Shown here: positions 48,415-59,190 of the stretch, piece after piece
Numbering within the stretch: the first letter of the stretch is position 1
Layout: each line of letters starts with the position of its first letter
Assembly (NCBI GenBank): GCA_035510735.1
Contig: DATKGN010000004.1
Span: 243,810-307,809 of the forward strand
Length of the DNA stretch: 64,000 nt
Direction: 5' to 3'
From: Patescibacteria group bacterium
GTDB lineage: Bacteria; Patescibacteriota; Microgenomatia; UBA10105; UBA927
Position numbers and translations under genes: made by a program
Notes under the pieces: generated by a model
Databases searched by the model: none
Told to the model about the DNA's origin: nothing
The model's input: the letters and a program-made list of their open reading frames with translations, nothing else

Positions 48415-51400
48415 TGAAGGCTCATTGAACGAACAGCAATTGAAAGCCGTGAAGCACGGCTCCGGGCCTCTTATGATTATCGCCGGGGCCGGGACTGGGA
48501 AAACAACCGTCGTTACGGAGCGGATAAAATATCTTATTGCAAAGGAAATCGTAAAACCCGAGGAAATTTTAGCCCTCACCTTCACCGAAAAAGCGAGCCG
48601 CGAAATGGAAGAACGGGTCGATAAAGCATTGCCGTACGGGGTCACGCAGATGTGGATTTCAACGTTTCATGCGTTTTGCGACAGGATATTACGGAATGAA
48701 GCCATTAATGTAGGCATTGACCCCGGGTACACACTCATGACAGAGGCGGAGACAATCATGTTTTTCCGGAAGAATATTTTCCGATTCGATCTTAACTATT
48801 TCCGTCCGCTCGGAAACCCGACGAAATTTATCGCCGGTATGGTCGGACATTTCAGCAGGTTAAAAGATGAGGATGTGACGCCGACGGAATATCTCAAATG
48901 GGCAAAATCCCCCGGAGGTAAAAATCAAAATTCCAAATCCAAAATAAATGCAAAATCCAAAATTCAAAATGGAGAAAACGATCAGAATGAAGGAGAAAAA
49001 TATTTTGAACTTGCAAACGCTTATAGAACATATGAAGAGCTTAAAGTGAAGGAAGGGGTTTGTGACTATTCTGATTTAATCAGTCAAGTACTACTTATTT
49101 TCCGGACGAGACCGAAAATTCTCGCTAACTATCAGAATCAATTTAAATATGTTCTCATTGATGAATTCCAGGATACGAATTTCGCGCAGAATCAGTTGGC
49201 CATTCTCCTTGCGGGTCGGAGAAAGAATATTACGGTTGTCGGCGATGATGACCAGGCGATTTACCGCTGGCGAGGTGCGGCCGTCTCCAACATGATTCAA
49301 TTTCGGGCGTCATTTCCGAAAGCAACCATTGTCGTGTTGACTTCAAATTATCGGTCGACAAAAGAAATACTTGACCGTTCATACGACCTGGTCCAACACA
49401 ATAATCCCGACCGGCTGGAAGTCGCGGAAAAAATTGAAAAGAAATTGGAGAGCGCGCGAAGAATAAACGGGGAGAAGATTCAGGTTTTGTTCGCCGATCG
49501 CGTGGAAAACGAAGCGGATGCCGTCGCGCGGAAAATTGTTGATGTCATGAAACAACATAACGAATATTCATACTCGGACATTGCTCTGTTAGTACGTGCG
49601 AATAATCACGCGGATCCGTTTGCGAGAGCTTTTGCACGGTCGGGAATACCCTATCAATTTTTAGGGCCGGGACAACTGTACCGGCAACCGGAAGTGAAGG
49701 ATCTTATCGCATATCTCAAGGTTCTTTACAACTTTGAAGACAGTGTCGCGATGTACCGGCTCTTAACCATGGATTGGCTGAACTTGCCTCCGCGAGATGT
49801 AGCGTCACTGTCAAATTACGCAAAACGGTATGGAATTTCCATTTTTGAAGCATGCGAAGCGCTATCTGGGAACGCGCCGCAAAATTTTCTTGATCCGCTG
49901 CTCCCTTCGGCTCGCGTTGCTCGCTCAGGGCAAGCGCAACAAGATATTGCTAAGTTTAACCTGAGCGAAGCCGAAGGTCTCGATAAGCGATCTTCGAAAA
50001 TTTCGCCTCGCGTTCCCACGCGTATTCCTAGGCCTTTTGTAACTGATGAGACGCAAAAAAAGGTTATACAACTGGTTGCCATGATCCATAAACACCTGGG
50101 ATTAATTAAAAGAGAAACAGCGGGGCAGATTCTCTATTATTTTCTTGAAGACACAGGCTTACTCAAACGGCTTGCGAATTACGAATCGGTTAAGGATGAG
50201 AAAATTGCGCTTAATATTTCCAAATTTTTCAACAAATTGAAGACGTATGAAGTTGAGCACGATGATGCAAGCGTTTTTACCGTCGTCGACTGGATCGATT
50301 TATCCATGACACTCGGAGAATCACCGATGTCAACGGACGCCGACTGGAGCGATAATAATGCCGTGACACTTATGACGGTTCATTCCGCAAAAGGGCTCGA
50401 ATTTCCTGTGGTTTTCCTCGTTAATTTAGTGTCACAACGGTTTCCGACGACACAGCGGAAGGAACAGATTCCTATTCCCGAAGCGCTCATTAAGGAAGTA
50501 TTGCCGACCGGGGATTTTCACACACAGGAAGAGCGGCGGCTTTTTTACGTCGGAATGACCCGCGCACGCGATCTCTTATTTTTAACCGCGGCAAAATTTT
50601 ATGGTGAGGGGAAACGGGAGAAAAAGTTATCGCCGTTTATCGCGGAATCGCTGGGGACTGGTTTTGAGGATTCTATCGTCATCGATGAAGGGCGTAATAC
50701 AAAGCAGTTATCTTTTTTGGACTGGGCGAAACCGGAAGAACCTACAAAAAAAATGGTAGGTCACCCGATTTCGTATCTTTCTTATTCACAGCTTGCAACG
50801 TTTGAAACGTGCCCGCTTCAATATAAATATCGGTATATTATAAAAATTCCGATTCCGCCGTCTGCAGCTTTGTCGTTCGGTGATACTATTCACAAAGTCG
50901 TGCGCGCATTTTATGAACTTGTAAAAAATGGAGAGCATCCGACCCTGGAAACATTATTTCAGCTGCTTGATGAACATTGGGTGTCAGTCGGATTCGGTAA
51001 TAAGGCGTATGAAGCAAAGCTGAAGGCACACGGTAAAGAGTTATTGGAGGGGTTTTTCAAAAAGGGATATGATCCGAAAACTATTCCGATAGCTCTTGAG
51101 GAACCGTTTAAGATAAAAATTACCCCAGAGCTTACGCTCGGGGGAAGAATTGATCGGATTGATAAACATGAAGACGGCACGATAGAAATCATTGATTATA
51201 AAACCGGTCAAGCGCCAAAGAGCCGGGATGCGGCACGCGATGAACAGTTGACAGTGTACGCGCTTAGCGCTGCACAAGGTGGCATCTATAAAGACCCGCC
51301 AAAAAAGGTCATCGTTTCGTTTTATTTTTTTGAAGGCCAGGAAAAATTGTCCGCGACAAGAAATCAGGAGGAGTTGGCCCTTGCCCGTAAAGAGATTTTT

Positions 51401-51499
51401 GAAAAAGCAAAGCTCATGGAACAAAGTGATTTTGCCCCGACGCCCGGAAGACACTGTGATTTCTGCGAATTTCGTCTCATCTGTGAAGCGTGGAATTAA
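48395..51499 (+). CDS. UvrD-family helicase fused to C-terminal PD-(D/E)xK RecB-like nuclease (AddA-like)
   Basis: Walker A IIAGAGTGKTT, helicase motifs (VLIDEFQDTN, VGDDDQAIYRWRGA). C-terminal GRIDRIDKHEDGTIEIIDYKTG nuclease motif and CDFCEF...C cluster. Confidence 0.8.
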   Translation: MTKVSVDEGSLNEQQLKAVKHGSGPLMIIAGAGTGKTTVVTERIKYLIAKEIVKPEEILALTFTEKASREMEERVDKALPYGVTQMWISTFHAFCDRILRNEAINVGIDPGYTLMTEAETIMFFRKNIFRFDLNYFRPLGNPTKFIAGMVGHFSRLKDEDVTPTEYLKWAKSPGGKNQNSKSKINAKSKIQNGENDQNEGEKYFELANAYRTYEELKVKEGVCDYSDLISQVLLIFRTRPKILANYQNQFKYVLIDEFQDTNFAQNQLAILLAGRRKNITVVGDDDQAIYRWRGAAVSNMIQFRASFPKATIVVLTSNYRSTKEILDRSYDLVQHNNPDRLEVAEKIEKKLESARRINGEKIQVLFADRVENEADAVARKIVDVMKQHNEYSYSDIALLVRANNHADPFARAFARSGIPYQFLGPGQLYRQPEVKDLIAYLKVLYNFEDSVAMYRLLTMDWLNLPPRDVASLSNYAKRYGISIFEACEALSGNAPQNFLDPLLPSARVARSGQAQQDIAKFNLSEAEGLDKRSSKISPRVPTRIPRPFVTDETQKKVIQLVAMIHKHLGLIKRETAGQILYYFLEDTGLLKRLANYESVKDEKIALNISKFFNKLKTYEVEHDDASVFTVVDWIDLSMTLGESPMSTDADWSDNNAVTLMTVHSAKGLEFPVVFLVNLVSQRFPTTQRKEQIPIPEALIKEVLPTGDFHTQEERRLFYVGMTRARDLLFLTAAKFYGEGKREKKLSPFIAESLGTGFEDSIVIDEGRNTKQLSFLDWAKPEEPTKKMVGHPISYLSYSQLATFETCPLQYKYRYIIKIPIPPSAALSFGDTIHKVVRAFYELVKNGEHPTLETLFQLLDEHWVSVGFGNKAYEAKLKAHGKELLEGFFKKGYDPKTIPIALEEPFKIKITPELTLGGRIDRIDKHEDGTIEIIDYKTGQAPKSRDAARDEQLTVYALSAAQGGIYKDPPKKVIVSFYFFEGQEKLSATRNQEELALARKEIFEKAKLMEQSDFAPTPGRHCDFCEFRLICEAWN

Positions 51500-51501
51500 T
51501 G

Positions 51502-52374
51502 TTAGTGTATAACGAGAGGATAATAAATATTTGTGCCGCCGAATCCTTCTTTGAATTTCGTAAATCCTTTCCATTCTAGATTTTTGCCCGGAATCCGTTC
51601 GTCCCAAACGCCGACAAAATCAAATGACCGGCACTTATGTTCCTTTGATTCTTTGAGCGCTTCCCATACGAGGAGCGTCGGAGCGTAGAGTTTTTTTCCC
51701 TTTTTTATAGCCCCGGCGATCCAATAGTATGCGATGTTGTCCCAGAAAAGGAGAAGAACACCACCGACGGGACGGTGATCGTCGTCTCGTGCATATGCGA
51801 GGAGTATGGATATATTTTTCGGATGAAAGATATTCCACAATTCTTTAATGCCCGTTGTCGTAATAAATCCAAACAGTCCGCCTGATTTATTTTTAATGCG
51901 GATGAGATCATTGATATTCTCAGATTTTTTAACAATGACGCCAAGTTTCAGTGCTCTTCGTACTGCACGGCGTTTCGCTTCGGAAAACGAGCCGAAGATT
52001 GTATTCTTATTACGCGTCAGATCAACCCGGAATGTTTTTGTAGGAAGGAACGGCGTGGTGTTAATTGTTACGGATTTGGCAAGCGTTTTGCACCACGCAT
52101 CAAGTAGTTTTTGATTTTGATTTTCTACGGGTTCTATAACAAGGTTTTTTATATGATTCGCCTTAATGATTGAAACGAGTTTCTTTGGATTTGGCAGCTT
52201 GAGAGGCCGGTGAACTTTCATCATCCCCCCGAAGAGGGGAAATTGCCGGTAAAAAATATTTACACCGTCCAGACTGACGGCCTTCCAGCCCAACAGCCTG
52301 ATATATTGTGCGTACTCATCTGATTGTTGGGGTTCCATAGCCTGTATGACGTAATTATATTTTTGCCTGGACAT
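51502..52374 (-). CDS. FemAB-family peptidoglycan peptide-bridge aminoacyltransferase, paralogue 1
   Basis: FemAB-like C-terminal block ...YYWIAGA...FDFVGV...KGFTKFKEGFGG. Confidence 0.65.
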   Translation of the reverse strand: MSRQKYNYVIQAMEPQQSDEYAQYIRLLGWKAVSLDGVNIFYRQFPLFGGMMKVHRPLKLPNPKKLVSIIKANHIKNLVIEPVENQNQKLLDAWCKTLAKSVTINTTPFLPTKTFRVDLTRNKNTIFGSFSEAKRRAVRRALKLGVIVKKSENINDLIRIKNKSGGLFGFITTTGIKELWNIFHPKNISILLAYARDDDHRPVGGVLLLFWDNIAYYWIAGAIKKGKKLYAPTLLVWEALKESKEHKCRSFDFVGVWDERIPGKNLEWKGFTKFKEGFGGTNIYYPLVIH

Positions 52375-53368
52375 GTAAATAGGCCCACCTTATCGTATCG
52401 GCCGCAGTGTAGAGGTGGTAGAGAAGCGGATTGACAACAAGATCAAAGGATCCCGCAAATTCGATAAGCTGTGGTTTATATCCTTCTTTAAAACGATGGA
52501 ATCCGTACCATGGGTCCTTTGTGTCGGGATTGGGTCCCATTGCACCCCAGAGATCAAATTGTTTGAAACCTTCTTTTTTTGCCCATTTGGCGATCTCCCA
52601 TAACATGAGGTTCGGTGCCATGATATCGCGGTTTATCCGGGAGGATGTTCCATAGGGATAGTAGACCGTATCGTTCCACAAAAAAACGATCCATGCGGTG
52701 ACAATAGTTCCCTCATACGTTGCCGTAAATAATTTGGCGATATTTTTCTCTTTAAACAATCGCCACATCGTGGTATGGTAATGCCGGTTATGGGCATAAA
52801 AACCCTGGCGTTTCGTCGTCTCTTCAGAGAGAGTTACGTATGCGTTAAACGCTTTTTCGCTTGAATCCTCGCGGATTACGACGCCGTGTTTTTGGGCAAC
52901 TCGGATGTTGTATCGGGTTTTCGGATGCATGGCCTTGAGCAAGTCATCCTCTGATTTTGTCAGATCAAGCACGAATGTGTATTTGGTGAATAATGGATGG
53001 TGTGACTTACGGAAGAGTGCCGATAGGGGTATTTTGGCATCCGCAGCCTGTATATTTGGTTCAAGTTGGATATAAATTGCATTTTTTTCGCGACCCAAAT
53101 TACCCAGCGCCTCAATCATATCAGAAACCGGTTCCGGGCCTTTCGGGAAATAGCCAATGGTATAGGCGACATGCGGCACTTTATGGAACGATATTTGCCA
53201 TCCCTCAATGAGCTTATTATTGTTGAATACGCCGAGCCGCGCGATATCGATATTCATGCTCTTACGGAATTCGCCCCACTCCCAGGATTGGAGAGGATGT
53301 GCGACTAGCGCATCCCATTTTCCTCTCTCGGAATCATCGACGGGACGGATTGATCTGTCGGCCTTCAT
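52355..53368 (-). CDS. FemAB-family peptidoglycan peptide-bridge aminoacyltransferase, paralogue 2
   Basis: FemAB-like ...YYPYGTSS...FDLWGA...YGFHRFKEGYKP. Tandem with paralogue 1. Confidence 0.65.
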   Translation of the reverse strand: MKADRSIRPVDDSERGKWDALVAHPLQSWEWGEFRKSMNIDIARLGVFNNNKLIEGWQISFHKVPHVAYTIGYFPKGPEPVSDMIEALGNLGREKNAIYIQLEPNIQAADAKIPLSALFRKSHHPLFTKYTFVLDLTKSEDDLLKAMHPKTRYNIRVAQKHGVVIREDSSEKAFNAYVTLSEETTKRQGFYAHNRHYHTTMWRLFKEKNIAKLFTATYEGTIVTAWIVFLWNDTVYYPYGTSSRINRDIMAPNLMLWEIAKWAKKEGFKQFDLWGAMGPNPDTKDPWYGFHRFKEGYKPQLIEFAGSFDLVVNPLLYHLYTAADTIRWAYLHVQAKI

Positions 53369-53614
53369 GATGTATATTATCTATCTTTTATTCCTATGAT
53401 ACAATGGGATTAAATGAAAAGAAGAGCAAAAAAAAGAGCCTACCAACAGGCTTCTTCTGAGGCTATTGCGTGGCTCCCGATCGACAGCAGGTTGTTCCCA
53501 TTTTTTTCATTTACCCATGTCAGGGGGGTTGCCCGGGTTTTTCTGATTTTGGAAATGATTCTCTCTGTCGGCGTTGTCGTTGGCACGCTGGCACTCGTTA
53601 TCTTGCGGTTTACC

Positions 53615-53815
53615 CTAAAGTAAGAGGTCGTCATCCTGAAACCCCCGGTCACTATTGAGTGATACATTTAATTCCATGACATGGGCGGGAATGTCAGCGA
53701 TGAATCGTGAAATCATATTTTGTGTCCGCGTGCCGAAAAACAGCCCCCCCTGTTGGCGTACATTAGGTAGAGTTTTTCTTTTTGTCCTTGTGCTTTTTCA
53801 CTGTATTTCAAAGTA
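53615..53815 (-). pseudogene. Remnant of a UvrD-family helicase C-terminus (frameshifted stub)
   Basis: Minus-strand translation gives ...AQGQKEKLYLMYANRGG/LFFGTRTQNMISRFIADIPAHVMELNVSLNSDRGFQDDDLLL*. This is close to the C-terminus of the intact helicase at 56619-58487 (KLYLTYANRRLFFGTRTQNMISRFIADIPAHVLELNVSLNADRGFNDDDMLL*). One frameshift falls in a G7 run. No helicase core lies upstream. Confidence 0.6.
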
Positions 53816-53872
53816 AAGATTCCTGTTTTTTTGCATATTTGTATAAAAGCGGTACAATGTGCCCAAAGAGTA

Positions 53873-55380
53873 TGGCAACAGATGGATATTTACTTGGGTA
53901 TGATTTAGGCAGCTCGTTTATCAAAGCCTCGCTTATTGATAGTAAAACCGGCATCCTCATCGCAAAAGCTGCATCCACTGATAAAGAATTAACGATAGAT
54001 TCTCCGCACCCCGGTTGGGCCGAACAACATCCTGACATGTGGTGGAAAAACATTGTTCAGGCGACATTAAAAATTAAAATGCAGGTAGGGAATAAATTAA
54101 AAGACGTGAGAGCGATTGGTATAACGTATCAGATGCATGGATTGGTTCTCGTCGATAAACATATGAACGTGCTGTATCCATCAATTATTTGGTGTGACAG
54201 CCGCGCTGTAGCACTTGGCGACAAAGCATTTAAAAAAATCGGCCAAAAAACATGCCTTACCCATTTCCTAAATTCTCCAGGTAACTTTACTGCTTCAAAA
54301 CTCGCATGGGTGAAACAGAATTTACCTCACATATATAAGAGGATATATAAAATCATGCTTCCGGGGGACTATATTGCATATAAGTTTACCGGAGAGGTAA
54401 AGACAACCGTCACAGGGCTTTCGGAGGGAATTCTTTGGGATTATCAGAAGCAGGATATCGCGGATCTGGTACTTAACTATTACGGCATCCCGAAAGATTT
54501 TATTCCGGACATCGTGCCGACATTTTCGATACAGGGCAGACTCACAGCGGAAGCGGCAGAAATGACGGGCTTGCCGGTCGGAGTACCGGTTTCTTATCGC
54601 GCCGGGGATCAGCCAAACAATGCACTCTCCCTGAATGTTCTTAATCCCGGAGAAATTGCAGCAACCACCGGGACATCGGGAGTAGTCTATGGCGTCGGCG
54701 ATAAGCCTATTTTCGATAAAAAGTCCCGTGTAAATGTATTTGTCCATGTAAATCATACGAAAAAGACACCCCGTTACGGTACACTTTTGTGTTTAAACGG
54801 TGCCGGAATTCTCAATTCGTGGTCGAAAAATAAGTTATTTACGCTCAGTAAAGAGGGTCTCAGTTACGACGAAATGAATCATATGGCTCTCCTCGCGCCA
54901 ATCGGTTCTGATGGACTTTGTATTTTACCATTTGGGAACGGGGCGGAACGTACTCTCGAAAACAAAAACATCGGCGCATCGATTCATGGGCTTAATTTAA
55001 CAATTCACACCAGAAGACATATAGCCAGAGCAATTCAGGAAGGCGTTGTTTTTGCGATGAATTATGGACTTCAGATTATGAAAGACATGGGACTTTCAAT
55101 AAAAGTTATTAGAACCGGTTATGCCAATATGTTCCTAAGTCCACTGTTTGCTCAGGCCTTTTCAACTCTCACGAACTCGGTGATTCAGCTCTACAATACC
55201 GACGGTGCTCAGGGTGCCGCGCGTGGAGCCGGTATCGGAGCAGGTATATACCCGTCCGCTCGAGAAGCATTTAAACATTTAGAAATTATGAAAACAATAA
55301 AGCCAAATTTTTCCCAACGGGGCGCATATCTGGAGGCATATGCGCGATGGGAGACATGTTTAAAGAAAAGTTTACTATAA
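53873..55380 (+). CDS. xylB: FGGY-family carbohydrate kinase, xylulokinase-like
   Basis: GYDLGSSFIKASLID...DSPHPGWAEQHPDMWW FGGY N-domain signature. Adjacent to xylose isomerase. Start chosen at ATG 53873; the track ORF begins at 53782. Confidence 0.75.
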
Positions 55381-55403
55381 AAAATTTATTATGAAAGGAC
55401 AAT

Positions 55404-56609
55404 ATGAATAAACGAAAACTTTCCATGCCCTTTTGGTGTGTAGCAAATTCTGTAGGTGATCCATTCGGAGCGCCAGTAATGGACAGTGTAACTCCTTTAG
55501 AAGTCTGTGATATTTTATGCGATGCCAAATCGAAGGGGTTAATCAACTTTACCTCAACTCATGACGATAACCTTGTGGATTGGGATCCGACAAAACCGGA
55601 AGATGATCTCGACAAAAACAGCGTTACTTATAAGACTCTTCGGACAATCAAAAAGAAGATGGATGCTGTGGGGCTTAAGATGAAAATGGTAACCTGCAGC
55701 CTGCACGGCGATCTGATTTTTCGAAACGGAGGACTCACGAATCCGGATCCGGAGATTAGAGCACTGGCTGCTCAAAAAGTCATGCGAACTATCCGGATCG
55801 GAAATTTTTTCGGTGCGGAATATCTGACGTATTGGGTGGCACGTGACGGATTTGAGTGTCAGTTCGCCATACCTTGGGATAAATGTTACACGTATATCGA
55901 ACAGGGCCTTAACCTGGCTACGCGGTATATAAAGGAAAATAATTTTTCCATTAAAGGCGGTACGATTGAGAGTAAGCCGAACGAACCGCGCGGAGAAATG
56001 TTTCTTGCCACCACAGGCCATGCGCTCGCGCTTGTCAGCCGTCTGGAAGATCCTGATTTTTGGGGAGTAAATCCGGAAATACTCCAGCATGAAGGAATGA
56101 CGAATTTGTCGGCAATTAATGCAATTGCTATGGCAGTTCACGCAAAGAAACTTCCCTTTCTGCATCTGGGAAATCAGAAACCCGGACAGTTTGATAATGA
56201 CAATCCTACCATGACGGGTATGGACGGAGTGAAGGAAATTATCGGAGTGTTCTGGATGTTACGGAAGCTTAATTGGGGCGGACACATTGAGTTTGATAAT
56301 CATGTACTACGAACCGACGCGACGCCCGGCAAAAAGAACGCCATTGCCGTACGGAAAGCATTTATCAAACACAATGTGGAAAGCTATAGATTGGCTGAGA
56401 AGAAAGCCGATGAGCTTGCCGGCAACAAGACGCTCGATAAACTCTATGAGCGGATTTGCGGTAAAAAATCCGCATTGACAGCAGCCTTAGATCGGTATGA
56501 TTTTAAGGCTATCAATAAAGCAAAAATCTCGTATGACAAATTGAATACGACTCCGGTGAACATTGCTGAACTTGATTACGTCGTCAACAAAGCGCTCTTA
56601 GGTGAGTAA
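55404..56609 (+). CDS. xylA: Xylose isomerase
   Basis: IESKPNEPRGEMFLATTGHALALVSRLEDPDFWGVNPE matches the XylA EPKPNEPRG...TVGHALAF...NPE region. A WVARDGFE block resembles the FWGGREG motif. Confidence 0.8.
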   Translation: MNKRKLSMPFWCVANSVGDPFGAPVMDSVTPLEVCDILCDAKSKGLINFTSTHDDNLVDWDPTKPEDDLDKNSVTYKTLRTIKKKMDAVGLKMKMVTCSLHGDLIFRNGGLTNPDPEIRALAAQKVMRTIRIGNFFGAEYLTYWVARDGFECQFAIPWDKCYTYIEQGLNLATRYIKENNFSIKGGTIESKPNEPRGEMFLATTGHALALVSRLEDPDFWGVNPEILQHEGMTNLSAINAIAMAVHAKKLPFLHLGNQKPGQFDNDNPTMTGMDGVKEIIGVFWMLRKLNWGGHIEFDNHVLRTDATPGKKNAIAVRKAFIKHNVESYRLAEKKADELAGNKTLDKLYERICGKKSALTAALDRYDFKAINKAKISYDKLNTTPVNIAELDYVVNKALLGE

Positions 56610-56618
56610 AAAGGCAGG

Positions 56619-58487
56619 TCATAGTAACATGTCATCGTCATTGAAGCCACGATCGGCATTCAGCGATACGTTGAGCTCTAATACGTGGGCCGGAATATCC
56701 GCGATAAACCGGGAAATCATATTTTGCGTCCGCGTACCGAAAAATAATCTGCGGTTTGCATACGTAAGGTATAATTTTTCTTTCGCGCGGGTTAAGCCGA
56801 CGTAACACAGGCGCCGTTCTTCCTCGAGTTCCTCCTTATCCATGAGCGTCCGGCTGTGGGGGAATAGCCCCTCTTCCATGCCGACGATAAACACGATATC
56901 AAATTCAAGGCCCTTGGCTGCATGGAGCGTCATAAGCGTGACGGCGTCGCGGTTTTCTTCGCGCAGGCGGACGTTTTTGGGTTCATACTCCTGTTCGACG
57001 AGTGCGACGGTTTCCAAAAAATCCCGTAACACAGGAAATTCAGTTGCGACCGAACGGAGTTCCTTAATATTCTCGAGTCTGTATGCTTCTTCCTCGACAT
57101 TGGCGTCATACAGCTCCAGATATTGTGTCGCTGCCAAAATTTGATCAAGAAGTTCAAGCGTTGTGAGGTTGACGAGCTTGTTATCGTGTGCAATTGTTTC
57201 AAAAAACTCGAGGAATTTTGTGAGCCGTCCTTTTCCCAATTTTTCAATACGGTTGTAGGAAACAGAATCCTTGGGATTTGCGACACAGCGAAGATAGGCT
57301 AATACGTCCTTGATTTCCTTTCGTTCATAAAACCGGGTGCCTCCGACCAGGTGGTAGGGAATTCCTGCATGTAAAAATGCCTCCTCCAACACGCGGGACT
57401 GCGCATTGGTTCTGTATAAAACGGCAAAATCGTGAAACGGCCGACCTCCGGCCTGCAAAATCGTCTGGACGAGAAATGACGCTTCATCGTGCTCGGTGCG
57501 CGCTTCATAGAGTGTGATCTGTTCGCCGCCGGTTTTTTCCGTCCAGAGTTTTAATATTGTGTGCGACGTATTTTTGGATATAACGCCATGGGCGGCATCA
57601 AGAATTTTTTGTGTTGAGCGGTAGTTTTGTTCCAGGTGAAATTCATGAGATTGTGGGTAGTCGCGTTTAAAGTTCGTAATATTGCGGAAATCAGCCCCGC
57701 GCCAGCGGTAAATACTCTGCGAGGCATCACCGACAACGCAGATGTTGTGATAGCGGCCTGATAAATATTTTGTTAACAGATATTGCGCCTTGTTCGTATC
57801 CTGGTATTCGTCCACCATAACGTAATGATATTTTTCCTGATAATATCCCAATACTTCTTTGTTTTTTTGAAAGAGCTCAACGGTTTTTGACAGGAGGTCA
57901 TCAAAATCCAATGCTTCGTTATTCTTTAACAATTTTTGATAGGCCAGATAGATTTGCGCAACGGCCTCCTGGAAATATCCGCGCGCGTACTGCGGATATT
58001 CGGTGGCTGATATAAGCTCATTTTTTGCTTCACCGATGGTGTGAAGGACCGCATTGGGATTAAAACTTTTTGTGGATAAATCGAGCGACTTCATCACCTC
58101 TTTGATTGCATCAACCTGATCCTGTTCATCGTAAATAGCAAAATTCGGCGCGATACCGATGCGCACTCCATCGCGGCGCAGAATCTTGACGCACAATGCA
58201 TGGAACGTTCCGGCAAAAGGCATATCAGTCGATCTTCCGAGGAGTTTCCGGATCCTGTCTTTCATCTCGTTGGCCGCTTTATTGGTAAACGTGACCATGA
58301 GGATTTCATGAGGGGACACGTGTTTTTCGCCGATTAAATAGGCGACTTTATAGGTTAAGACTCTCGTCTTTCCGCTCCCCGCCCCCGCGAGGATGAGAAT
58401 AGGCCCATCGCAAAGTTTCACAGCTTCAATTTGGTCCTTGTTTAAGTCGTTGAGTAAGCTCTTTGCCATAGAGTATAATCTTATCAT
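56619..58487 (-). CDS. uvrD: ATP-dependent DNA helicase, UvrD/PcrA/Rep family
   Basis: Walker A ILAGAGSGKTRVLT, motifs VMVDEYQDTN and VGDASQSIYRWRGA, C-terminal GLTRAKEKLYLTYA. Confidence 0.88.
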   Translation of the reverse strand: MIRLYSMAKSLLNDLNKDQIEAVKLCDGPILILAGAGSGKTRVLTYKVAYLIGEKHVSPHEILMVTFTNKAANEMKDRIRKLLGRSTDMPFAGTFHALCVKILRRDGVRIGIAPNFAIYDEQDQVDAIKEVMKSLDLSTKSFNPNAVLHTIGEAKNELISATEYPQYARGYFQEAVAQIYLAYQKLLKNNEALDFDDLLSKTVELFQKNKEVLGYYQEKYHYVMVDEYQDTNKAQYLLTKYLSGRYHNICVVGDASQSIYRWRGADFRNITNFKRDYPQSHEFHLEQNYRSTQKILDAAHGVISKNTSHTILKLWTEKTGGEQITLYEARTEHDEASFLVQTILQAGGRPFHDFAVLYRTNAQSRVLEEAFLHAGIPYHLVGGTRFYERKEIKDVLAYLRCVANPKDSVSYNRIEKLGKGRLTKFLEFFETIAHDNKLVNLTTLELLDQILAATQYLELYDANVEEEAYRLENIKELRSVATEFPVLRDFLETVALVEQEYEPKNVRLREENRDAVTLMTLHAAKGLEFDIVFIVGMEEGLFPHSRTLMDKEELEEERRLCYVGLTRAKEKLYLTYANRRLFFGTRTQNMISRFIADIPAHVLELNVSLNADRGFNDDDMLL

Positions 58488-59174
58488 ATGAAAAATTTAT
58501 TTATTGCCGGTAATTGGAAGAGTAATAAAACGAACGCAGAATCACAAGTGTGGGTCAAAGATATCGCCAGCAAATTGAGTGATATATCGGCGGATTTGTC
58601 AAAAATTCCCGTCGTCGTATGCGTCCCATTTACGTCTCTCTCTGTTATTAATTATGCGTTGAAAGCAGGTAATGTACCCCTTGCGCTCGGTACTCAAAAC
58701 GTCTCAAAGTTCGACGAAGGTGCGTATACGGGGGAAGTTACCGCCAAGATGGTTAAAGAAGTCGCCGATTGGGTTATCATCGGACACTCCGAGCGGCGGA
58801 AATATTTTAACGAAACCGATGAAGATTTAGCGATCAAAGCGCAAAAGGCAAAGGGAACTGGTCTCCGCGTGATTTTCTGTGTTCCGGATGATAAAACACC
58901 GGTCCCCACTGGGGTTGACGTCGTCGGATATGAGCCCGTCTGGGCAATAGGTACCGGTAAAACCGATTCACCGGAAAATGCTGCCGCGGTTGTGACTTCC
59001 ATAAAGGCAAAAACGAAGGTCGCTACGGTGATCTATGGTGGGAGTGTGACCGGCGATAACGTGGACACATTTGTTTCCCAATCTGCAATTGACGGAGTGC
59101 TTCCCGGCGGTGCAAGTCTGGATCCTGAAAAATTTTCACATCTCATTCACGCAGCATTGGCCGCAACGAAGTGA
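58488..59174 (+). CDS. tpiA: Triose-phosphate isomerase
   Basis: AGNWKSNKT, IGHSERR and YEPVWAIGTGKT motifs. Confidence 0.9.
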   Translation: MKNLFIAGNWKSNKTNAESQVWVKDIASKLSDISADLSKIPVVVCVPFTSLSVINYALKAGNVPLALGTQNVSKFDEGAYTGEVTAKMVKEVADWVIIGHSERRKYFNETDEDLAIKAQKAKGTGLRVIFCVPDDKTPVPTGVDVVGYEPVWAIGTGKTDSPENAAAVVTSIKAKTKVATVIYGGSVTGDNVDTFVSQSAIDGVLPGGASLDPEKFSHLIHAALAATK

Positions 59175-59190
59175 TGAGTGGTGTTCTTCT

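Noticed and set aside
53414-53623. 69 aa + strand ORF (small hydrophobic protein) between the FemAB genes and the helicase stub
   Set aside because: It overlaps the helicase remnant region and has no support beyond being an open frame. Cannot be distinguished from chance.
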